Notes: generated by a model from the sequence alone, not told the origin. DNA of 10,862 bases from Candidatus Micrarchaeota archaeon (GCA_040754495.1 JBFMCO010000052.1:1-10862), one strand, 5' to 3'; numbered from the stretch's first letter, positions 1-5,972 are shown. A program made the numbers and translations.

Positions 1-1
1 G

Positions 2-1609
2 GACGCTGTTGGACGAATCCTGGACGATTGCCCATCCGTTGCCTGCGAACACGGAATTGACCACGGTTGCCGCGGGCGTCGTGGTGGTGAATTCCTGGAA
101 GCCGGCGAATGCGTTGTTCGAGCCGACCGAGTTCGCGAGGGTGTTGCCGGAGCCGTCCACGAAAAGGAAGCCGACATAGTTGTTGGAGGAGTTCGTATTG
201 TTGATGACCGAGCCGTTGGTTTCGGCCACCAGGACGCCGTTGTTGAAGAGCGTGTCCGACCCTTGTACTATGGCGCTTGATATGGATGAGCCGTCGGCGT
301 CGCAGAGAACGAGCTCGGATGGCGTGATGCCGGCCCAGGCCACGGTCTCGTTCGTGTAGTTGATGGGCCGCCCTCCCGAGCCGGTGAGGTTCAGCACAAG
401 GTTGTCGCAGTCCTCCGGGACGTACGGCGTTACCGAAAGGTCGAACTGCCCGTTCTCCTGCGCGAGGCTGTCCTGGATGGTTACGTTCGAGGCGTTCTGC
501 AGCTCGATTCCTGAATACGTGTTTCCGGAAACGTTGGAGGAGTTCAGGAGTATGTTGGTGCTGCGGATGAAATACCCGTAGTTCGCGTTCCCGAATGTCG
601 TCGTGTTGGTGAATATGGCGTCGGTGCCCCCGTCCACAAAGAATCCGCTCACGTTGTTGCCGAACGAGGTGTCATTGATGAAGACGCTTCCGCTGCCGAA
701 ATTATAGAAGAAGCCGGCATAGCCGTTGCTGAAGGCACTGTTGTTCGCGACAGTGTTGTTGGAGGCGCCGATGTTGAAGCCGACCACCGCGTTGGTGAAG
801 GCGGTGTTGTTCGCCACCAGCACCCCGGAGCTTGACAATACGCCGAGCCCGCCGTACGCGTTGCTGAATAGGACGTTATTTATCACGGTGGCGTTTGCCG
901 ATGAGAGTTCCACCCGGATTCCGTCCGAGCCGGTATTTGAGAACGCGGTGAGTTCCCTGAAGGTGTTGTTGTTCGAATTGAAGTAGGAGAAGAACCCGTG
1001 CTGGCCGTTGTCGAAAGCGGTGCTGTTCGTGATGACGTTGTTGGAAGAGGATGAGATGAACGCGACTCCGGACTGGGCATTTCCGAAGACGGTGACGCGT
1101 GTAAGGAAGTTGTTGTTCGACCCCCCGTTGAGCTCGATTCCGTAGGCGGCATTGTTGCTGTCAAAAGAAACTATGTCGGTGATGTTGTTGCGCGAGCTGG
1201 CCTCGAAAAGAAGGTTGTCGTTGGAGCTGTTGAATGCGGTGATATTGACGAAAAGGCTGTCGTTGACGCCCTTCGCGTGCAGGTCCTCGTAGTATCCTGA
1301 TAGTCCCGCGCAGTTCCTGACAGTGACGTTGGTTGCGGGGATAATCCCGATGCCCATTGCGAACGAGGTGCCGTTATTCGTTATGCTAAAGCCGTCGCAG
1401 TCGAGCGTGACGTTCGAGGACGATATCTTTACGCATGCGACGGCGAGCCCGTATATCTCCGGGACGCTCACGTTGGCCCCGGCGAGGCTGTTGGTAAGGA
1501 CATAGTCGCCGCCGGATGCGATGTCGGTGCAGCCGGTGATGTTCGTCGCGGAGAACGAAACCGAGGCGAGAAGCAGGAATGCCAGGAGGGGGTATTTTAC
1601 GGGGCTCAT
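2..1609 (-). CDS. Secreted right-handed parallel beta-helix (PbH1/NosD/CASH-like) surface glycoprotein, 3'-truncated by the window edge
   Basis: Manual translation from ATG 1609 is open for 536 codons to the window edge: MSPVKYPLLAFLLLASVSFSA|TNITGCTDIASGGDYVLTNSL...CVKISSSNVTLDCDGFSIT...GIELNGGSNNNFLTRVTVFGN...NNTAFTNAVVGF. It has a hydrophobic signal peptide, ~22-24-aa Asn/Gly-rich repeats and more than 25 N-x-S/T sequons. The ORF track misses it because the window contains no stop. Confidence 0.9.
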   Translation of the reverse strand, partial: MSPVKYPLLAFLLLASVSFSATNITGCTDIASGGDYVLTNSLAGANVSVPEIYGLAVACVKISSSNVTLDCDGFSITNNGTSFAMGIGIIPATNVTVRNCAGLSGYYEDLHAKGVNDSLFVNITAFNSSNDNLLFEASSRNNITDIVSFDSNNAAYGIELNGGSNNNFLTRVTVFGNAQSGVAFISSSSNNVITNSTAFDNGQHGFFSYFNSNNNTFRELTAFSNTGSDGIRVELSSANATVINNVLFSNAYGGLGVLSSSGVLVANNTAFTNAVVGFNIGASNNTVANNSAFSNGYAGFFYNFGSGSVFINDTSFGNNVSGFFVDGGTDAIFTNTTTFGNANYGYFIRSTNILLNSSNVSGNTYSGIELQNASNVTIQDSLAQENGQFDLSVTPYVPEDCDNLVLNLTGSGGRPINYTNETVAWAGITPSELVLCDADGSSISSAIVQGSDTLFNNGVLVAETNGSVINNTNSSNNYVGFLFVDGSGNTLANSVGSNNAFAGFQEFTTTTPAATVVNSVFAGNGWAIVQDSSNSV

Positions 1610-1630
1610 GATTCGGATTCAGGCTTAGGA

Positions 1631-1638
1631 TTTTAATC
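1631..1638 (-). promoter_or_regulatory. TATA box (GATTAAAA) preceded by purine-rich BRE-like GAAAGC; probably a leaderless transcript
   Basis: Lies 22 nt upstream of ATG 1609, the same spacing seen at several other starts in this window. Confidence 0.6.
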
Positions 1639-1699
1639 GCTTTCGGTTCTCCTAATTATTATATAAGGAGAAGGGCTACGGGGTGCCTCGCCCTCAGCC

Positions 1700-1707
1700 A
1701 TATAAAT
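1700..1707 (+). promoter_or_regulatory. TATA box (ATATAAAT) for guaAA
   Basis: Ends 22 nt before ATG 1729; no Shine-Dalgarno, consistent with leaderless mRNA. Confidence 0.6.
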
Positions 1708-1728
1708 TTTTTCGAATAGAAGCATGTC

Positions 1729-2334
1729 ATGATTCTCATCATCGACAACGGCTCCCAGTATACCCACCTCATAAAAAGGAACTGCCGCGAGCTCGGGTAC
1801 GATGCCGAGATGCTCTACAGCAAGGCATCCTACGGGCAGGTGGAGGAGCTGATGCGGACCGGGGTGGCGAGGATAATCCTCTCCGGGGGCCCGAGCTCGG
1901 TATATTCCGACCCCCCGAACCTCAGCTCAATGATATGCGAACGCATCCGGAACGGGAAACTGGAAACCGGAAACGGCAAGCCTCTGCCGCTGCTCGGCGT
2001 CTGCTACGGCCACCAGATGATAGCCCACGCCTTCGGGGCGAAGGTCGCGAAGGGGAAGAGCGCGGAGTACGGCCTGGGCGGGGTGGAGATTGACGACGAG
2101 GACGTCATTTTCAAGAATGTTCCGAGGAAAATCCGCGCATGGGTCTCGCATTATGACGAGGCGAAGGAGCTTCCGAAAGGTTTTGTGGGGCTCGCGCACT
2201 CGGAGTCGTGCGCCATCGAGGCGATGAGGCACAAGGAGCGGCCGATTTTCGGCGTCCAGTTCCACCCCGAGGTGTGGCACACCGAGCACGGTGAGGACAT
2301 CATCAGGAACTTCCTCGAGCTCTCCCCAAAATGA
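1729..2334 (+). CDS. guaAA: GMP synthase glutamine amidotransferase subunit A (class I GATase)
   Basis: MILIIDNGSQYTHLI N-terminus, ILSGGPSS oxyanion strand, nucleophile elbow LGVCYGHQ, WVSHYDE, and the GVQFHPEV His-Glu pair. The stand-alone ~200-aa size is typical of split archaeal GMP synthase. Confidence 0.93.
   Translation: MILIIDNGSQYTHLIKRNCRELGYDAEMLYSKASYGQVEELMRTGVARIILSGGPSSVYSDPPNLSSMICERIRNGKLETGNGKPLPLLGVCYGHQMIAHAFGAKVAKGKSAEYGLGGVEIDDEDVIFKNVPRKIRAWVSHYDEAKELPKGFVGLAHSESCAIEAMRHKERPIFGVQFHPEVWHTEHGEDIIRNFLELSPK
1955..1975 (+). repeat. Heptamer tandem repeat GGAAACT-GGAAACC-GGAAACG (3 units, in frame inside guaAA)
   Basis: Read directly. The 21 nt fall in the NGKLETGNGK stretch just before the catalytic-Cys strand. 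Confidence 0.8.
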
Positions 2335-2337
2335 CGC

Positions 2338-2967
2338 TCAGGCGCCAGGGGCCTGTTTTTGTTCGGCTTTTGGCAGTTCGCCCTTTGTCTTCGGCTCTGA
2401 TTCCTGGAGCTTCTGCATGGACTCCAGGACGTCCTCCTGCGAATAGAAATTGTAGTCTGCCCGCGTGAATTTCTCTGCGAACGCCTTCTTCCTGTTGAGC
2501 GAGCTCGACGCCTCCAGGACGTTCTCAAGGCCGGACCATATGGAATACCAGATGAGGACGGAAAATATCGTCAGGACGGGCACGGTTTCCAGCGCAGGGA
2601 CGAGAAATAGCGCAACGGACAGCGACACGCCGAGGAGGAGGCGGATTGCGCCGTTGTTGGCCTTCTCGCGGGTTTTCCGCTCTATGTCCCTGACGCGGTT
2701 CCTGAAGTGCTCCTTTACCCTTTTCTTTATCAGGGATTCTGTTTTGTCCGAGCGCAATGAGCGGGGCAGGGTGAAATTGACTACGAAATCGCCCTTGCCG
2801 GTGGCTGCGTAGCGCCTGCGGAGTTCGGATATGAAGTCCTCGGAGAGAAGGCGCTTCTCGTATGGCGAAGGGTCGAAGTCCGAGAAGAGGTCGTCGTAGT
2901 CGTCCAGGGCGATGTCGGCCTTCTGGAGGACGTCTGAAACCGTCATCGGCCCGTCTTTCCCGTCCAT
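2338..2967 (-). CDS. Conserved hypothetical membrane protein (2 predicted TM helices)
   Basis: Probable start MDGKDG at 2967; the longer ORF start overlaps the divergent gene, and a TATA lies 23 nt upstream of 2967. Acidic motif LDDYDDLFSDFDPSPYEKRLLSEDF; hydrophobic LLLGVSLSVALFLVPAL and VLTIFSVLIWYSIW. Confidence 0.75.
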   Translation of the reverse strand: MDGKDGPMTVSDVLQKADIALDDYDDLFSDFDPSPYEKRLLSEDFISELRRRYAATGKGDFVVNFTLPRSLRSDKTESLIKKRVKEHFRNRVRDIERKTREKANNGAIRLLLGVSLSVALFLVPALETVPVLTIFSVLIWYSIWSGLENVLEASSSLNRKKAFAEKFTRADYNFYSQEDVLESMQKLQESEPKTKGELPKAEQKQAPGA

Positions 2968-2989
2968 GGAATGAAAGGCGGCTTTGAGG

Positions 2990-2997
2990 TTTTTAAT
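2990..2997. promoter_or_regulatory. Single shared TATA element (TTTTTAAT / ATTAAAAA) for a divergent gene pair
   Basis: 23 nt from ATG 2967 (minus) and 23 nt from ATG 3020 (plus); it is the only AT-rich patch in the 52-bp gap. Confidence 0.6.
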
Positions 2998-3019
2998 GGT
3001 TGCACCGCAGAAAGTCATC

Positions 3020-3631
3020 ATGGCTACGAAGGTCTTCCTCATCCGGCATTGCCAGAGCGTCGCGAATGCGGAGAGGCGCTACAACTGCAGCATCGAAGAC
3101 GACGAGGGGCTGAGCGAGAAGGGGCTGGAGCAGGCGGCGCAGGTCGCGCGATTCTTTTCGGGCATGCTGGTCGGGAAGGTCTATTCGAGCCCCTTCCTCC
3201 GGACGCGCCAGACGAGCGCGGCCATCGCGGACGCGTGCGGAAGCGTGGTCGAGGAGTGCGATTTCCTGCGGGAGCTCGACTGCGGGCACTGGAACGGAAG
3301 GAGCGAGGAGGAGATAATGCGCGATTTCCCGGAGGTGTGGAGGGGATGGCACTACGACCCGCAGAACAACCCGATCCCTGGCGGGGAGACGCTGCTCGAG
3401 GTGCAGGCGAGGGCGCTGCCGGAGTTCGAGCGCATCGTGAAGCGCAACCGGGACGAGACGGTCGTTGTAGTAACGCACTATTGCGTCTTCAACGTCCTGC
3501 TCTGCTCCCTGGTATCAAGCCTGGCCAATTTCAGGAGCTTCGACACCAGGAACGGCACAATCGCGGAAATCAGGATGGAAAACGTCCCGCGCGTGGAGGC
3601 CTACTGGAACCCCACCCGCGGCAAGGATTAA
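3020..3631 (+). CDS. Histidine phosphatase superfamily protein (phosphoglycerate mutase-like, CobC/GpmB/PhoE type)
   Basis: VFLIRHCQS (RHG-type motif), GLSEKG, YSSPFLRTRQT, LRELDCGHW, PGGET, VVVVTH. Start placed at ATG 3020 (MATKVFLIRH) from promoter spacing. Confidence 0.88.
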   Translation: MATKVFLIRHCQSVANAERRYNCSIEDDEGLSEKGLEQAAQVARFFSGMLVGKVYSSPFLRTRQTSAAIADACGSVVEECDFLRELDCGHWNGRSEEEIMRDFPEVWRGWHYDPQNNPIPGGETLLEVQARALPEFERIVKRNRDETVVVVTHYCVFNVLLCSLVSSLANFRSFDTRNGTIAEIRMENVPRVEAYWNPTRGKD

Positions 3632-3633
3632 AA
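3626..3633 (+). promoter_or_regulatory. TATA box (GATTAAAA) overlapping the phosphatase stop codon, for the nucleoside phosphorylase gene
   Basis: Same octamer as 1631-1638 and 23 nt before ATG 3656; TAA 3629-3631 forms part of it. Confidence 0.5.
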
Positions 3634-3655
3634 TGAAATATTGCGATTAGCGTCC

Positions 3656-4372
3656 ATGCTCGCAGTAATAGGGGGAACCGGATTCTACACGCTCGGGAAG
3701 AAGATTGAGACGCTGAAGGCGGATACGGGCTACGGACCAGCCGAGGCCCAGAAGGTCCGCATTCTAGACGAGGAGCTGCTTTTCCTGCCGCGCCACGGCC
3801 CGGGCCACACGATTGCCCCGCACAAAATCAACTACAGGGCGAACATCGCCGCCCTGAAGGAGTTCGACGCCACGGGCGTGCTCACCTTCCATGCCGCCGG
3901 CGCCATATCGAAATTCAGGCCCGGCGACCTTGTCCTCGTTGATGATTTCATAGGCTTGTTCACCCCCGCCACGTTCCACGATGATTTCTCCGGCGGCATG
4001 AGGCACGCGGATTTTTCATCCCCGTTCTCTAAAGAGATGAGGGGGAAGCTCATCGAGGTGGCCGCGGCCGCCAAGGTGAAGCTGAAGACCGGAGGCATAA
4101 TCGCCTCGACGCCCGGGCCCCGCTTCGAGACCAAAGCCGAGGTGAAGGCTCTCGGGAAGATGGGGGCGAACCTCCTGAGCATGACGTCAGGCTACGAGAT
4201 GGCCCTGCTCGGCGAGGCGGAGATGGATTTCGTCTCGATTGCGGTCGCGACGAATTTCGCGGCCGGCGTGTCGAAGAAGCCGCTCAGCGCCGAGGAGGTA
4301 GTGGCGAACATGAAGGGCGCATACGGCCAGCTTGTCGCGCTTATCGGCGGCTTTGCAGAGGAAGTGGTGTAG
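3656..4372 (+). CDS. MTAP/PNP family-2 nucleoside phosphorylase, probably 6-oxopurine / methylthioinosine-specific
   Basis: LAVIGGTG, FLPRHGPGH, INYRANIAALK, AAGAI, PGPRFETKAE, SMT, and ATNFAAG (Asn at the base-specificity position). ATG 3656 is preferred over TTG 3641. Confidence 0.85.
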   Translation: MLAVIGGTGFYTLGKKIETLKADTGYGPAEAQKVRILDEELLFLPRHGPGHTIAPHKINYRANIAALKEFDATGVLTFHAAGAISKFRPGDLVLVDDFIGLFTPATFHDDFSGGMRHADFSSPFSKEMRGKLIEVAAAAKVKLKTGGIIASTPGPRFETKAEVKALGKMGANLLSMTSGYEMALLGEAEMDFVSIAVATNFAAGVSKKPLSAEEVVANMKGAYGQLVALIGGFAEEVV

Positions 4373-5452
4373 TCAGCGCGTGACCTTCGCCGATGCTATC
4401 TGCTCCAGGTATTCCTTGTTCTTCTCGAAGTATTCCCGGCTCGGCTTCAGTATGTCGGCAAGCTCGCGGGCCACCGCGTTCTTCAAGTCCACCGGATGGA
4501 GCTTGCCTTCGGAATAGACGCTCTTCAGCTCTTCCGCATCCCGCAGCTCGATGTCGCCGCCGAACTTGGCCGGGCGCTCTATCTTCATTTTCCGCTCGCG
4601 CAGGATGAGGTATTCGGCGTATTCCACGATGGGGTTGCCATCCACGATTTTTTCCGGGCAGTATGCCTTCTTTATCTTCGAGCTTATCTCCTCGGCGCCA
4701 TCATGGATGAAAATCGCGCTCGAGGGGACGCTCTTGCTCATCTTCGCGTCGATAGACTTGCCTTCCTTTTCCTCCGCGCTGGCGTTCGGGTCCATCCTCT
4801 GCATTCCCTGGAGGCCGGGCAGGAGGTGGCCGTGCACGGCCACGAAGTCCTTTTTGTAGTGGTGCGACAGCTCGCGGGCGAGCATGTGCACCTTGCGCTG
4901 GTCCATGCCTGCATGCGCTATCTGCACGTCCAGCATGAATATGTCCGCGGCCTGCATGGCCGGGTAGAGTATCGTCGCGGAAGATGTCGCATCGCTCTCC
5001 TTCCTTCCCATGATGGTGATGCAGCGGAGCATGCGGTTTATCGTGGTGTCCTTGGTTATCTTCAGGACGTCCTTCCAGTAGTCGTTGTCGTATCTCTCGC
5101 TCGCGAGAACGTAGTCGACGCGGCCCTCGTCGAGCCCGAGCGAGACGAAAGCGTGCTTGAAGTAGCCCTTGGCCACCGCGCGTATCTTCTCGAGGTCGCC
5201 GCCTAGCTTCTCGTTGATGTACGAATGGTAGTCGGCAAGGAAAACCGTCGGCTTTATGCCCGCGGCCAGAAAATCCCTGAGCTTGAGGGCGGTGCAGAGG
5301 CCGGTGCCGAGGTGCACCATGCCGGAGATTTCGAATCCGATGTAGTGGCGGGGCTGGTTGTAGCTCTCGAATACCTTCCTGAGGTCTGCCTCGGTGACGA
5401 GCTCCTCGGTGGGCTTTCGCCTGACCAGGGCTATCCTTGCCTCGATGTCCAT
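4373..5452 (-). CDS. tyrS: Tyrosine--tRNA ligase (archaeal type)
   Basis: YIGFEISGMVHLGTG (HIGH-like), FLADYHSYIN, YPAMQAADIF, AHAGMDQRKVH, KMSKS, KKAYCP, LHPVDLK. Confidence 0.96.
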   Translation of the reverse strand: MDIEARIALVRRKPTEELVTEADLRKVFESYNQPRHYIGFEISGMVHLGTGLCTALKLRDFLAAGIKPTVFLADYHSYINEKLGGDLEKIRAVAKGYFKHAFVSLGLDEGRVDYVLASERYDNDYWKDVLKITKDTTINRMLRCITIMGRKESDATSSATILYPAMQAADIFMLDVQIAHAGMDQRKVHMLARELSHHYKKDFVAVHGHLLPGLQGMQRMDPNASAEEKEGKSIDAKMSKSVPSSAIFIHDGAEEISSKIKKAYCPEKIVDGNPIVEYAEYLILRERKMKIERPAKFGGDIELRDAEELKSVYSEGKLHPVDLKNAVARELADILKPSREYFEKNKEYLEQIASAKVTR

Positions 5453-5474
5453 GGGATTTTAGTTGCCAGAAGGA

Positions 5475-5484
5475 TTATTTAAAA
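5475..5484. promoter_or_regulatory. Shared TATA element (TTATTTAAAA / TTTTAAATAA) for divergent tyrS and tRNA-Thr
   Basis: 23 nt from the tyrS ATG (5452) and 27 nt from tRNA nucleotide 1 (5511). Confidence 0.6.
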
Positions 5485-5510
5485 GTTGGCAAACACAGAT
5501 ACTCCTGCCA

Positions 5511-5633
5511 GCCTCTGTAGCTCAGCGGCAGAGCGCCTCTCTTGTAAGCTTTTAGGAATGGAAAGCCCGTTTTGGGCGCCTTTTCCTAAAAGGCGCAAGG
5601 AGGAAGTCGGGGGTTCAAATCCCTCCAGGGGCT
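5511..5633 (+). tRNA. tRNA-Thr(UGU) with a 51-nt intron in the anticodon loop (5547-5597, or equivalently 5548-5598)
   Basis: Acceptor GCCTCTG/CAGGGGC, D-arm GCTC-AGCGGCA-GAGC, anticodon stem CCTCT/GGAGG, loop CT-TGT-A^A, variable AAGTC, T-arm GGGGG-TTCAAAT-CCCTC. Discriminator U, no encoded CCA. The intron forms a 10-bp helix CTTTTAGGAA/TTCCTAAAAG. Confidence 0.93.
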
Positions 5634-5668
5634 TACTGGTTTTCTTCAATATTCACTGCATTCTCAGG

Positions 5669-5696
5669 GGTTTCCGGTTTCGGGTTTCGGGTTTTG
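5669..5696 (-). repeat. Heptamer tandem array, 4 units (plus strand GGTTTCC-GGTTTCG-GGTTTCG-GGTTTTG)
   Basis: Read directly. It is the reverse complement of the SGAAACN unit in guaAA; degenerate plus-orientation units follow at 5705-5731. Confidence 0.8.
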
Positions 5697-5730
5697 CCTT
5701 GTACGGAACCGGGAACGTAGGACTGGAAAC

Positions 5731-5752
5731 CGGGGCAACCCTCCAGGGGCTT
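5731..5752 (+). repeat. Degenerate direct repeat of the tRNA-Thr 3' end (att-like or tRNA remnant)
   Basis: CCCTCCAGGGGCTT is exact at both 5621-5634 and 5739-5752. Upstream CGGGG-CAA matches the T-arm CGGGGGTTCAAAT with deletions. Confidence 0.75.
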
Positions 5753-5754
5753 TT

Positions 5755-5900
5755 GTCAACTTGCCTCCAATCGAACGTCGCAACGTTCGATGGACCACAG
5801 AACGCAATTGTCCGACGCTTCGGACAATTTGCGCCTTGAACGGAGCGCCGTTCAAGTGCGCGGTTCGCCGTTCTGCCGGTCGCTAACGCTCGGCGTTGAC
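5755..5900. ncRNA. Putative structured non-coding element (RNA or ssDNA) with three perfect 9-10-bp hairpins and long-range pairings; family unknown
   Basis: Stems 5770-5778/5783-5791, 5806-5815/5820-5829 and 5835-5843/5848-5856, each with a 4-nt loop. Enclosing pairings are 5798-5804/5869-5875, 5793-5796/5878-5881 and 5755-5760/5895-5900. There is no evidence of expression. Confidence 0.45.
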
Positions 5901-5920
5901 GGTTTGCGGTTTCACAAACC

Positions 5921-5928
5921 TTATAATA
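5921..5928 (+). promoter_or_regulatory. BRE-TATA (CAAACC-TTATAATA) for the SSB gene; SD AGAGGT at 5961-5966
   Basis: Canonical-looking TATA 45 nt before ATG 5973, with a GAGGT SD 6 nt before the ATG. Confidence 0.6.
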
Positions 5929-5972
5929 ATTACCAAACCAGAATCATAAGACTAATTCATAGAGGTTTTGAA

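Noticed and set aside
522-533. Palindrome GTTTCCGGAAAC resembling the heptamer unit
   Set aside because: A single non-tandem occurrence explained by Ser-Gly-Asn codons of the beta-helix repeat.
360-1505. Short ORF-track ORFs (360-581, 726-986, 883-1164, 1323-1505)
   Set aside because: Antisense or off-frame shadows of the beta-helix gene; no independent motifs or promoters.
2968-3042. N-terminal extensions of the 2338-3042 and 2984-3631 ORFs
   Set aside because: They would overlap each other across the shared TATA; ATG 2967 and ATG 3020 fit the 23-nt promoter spacing.
4370-4375. Convergent genes abut or overlap with no terminator (here 0 bp; 3 bp at 2335-2337; 14-bp overlap at 6244-6257)
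   Set aside because: Ordinary for compact archaeal genomes.
5547-5597. Box C/D guide RNA inside the tRNA intron, as in archaeal tRNA-Trp
   Set aside because: No RUGAUGA box C or CUGA box D present.
5718-5735. GGA-CT-GGA-AA-CC resembling a tRNA-Ser(GGA) anticodon loop
   Set aside because: The flanks do not form a stem; it is explained by the heptamer repeat.
5669-5900. CRISPR array, SRP RNA, RNase P RNA or IS200/IS605 end
   Set aside because: No repeat-spacer periodicity or cas genes; no SRP helix-8 or RNase P P4 motifs. TCAAC/TTGAC ends alone are too short to call an IS end, and there is no tnpA or tnpB in the window.
5486-5972. ORFs 5486-5839 and 5664-5855, and the 5790 extension of the SSB ORF
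   Set aside because: They run through the tRNA, repeats and hairpins, have no protein-like features, and the SSB has its own SD and ATG at 5973.
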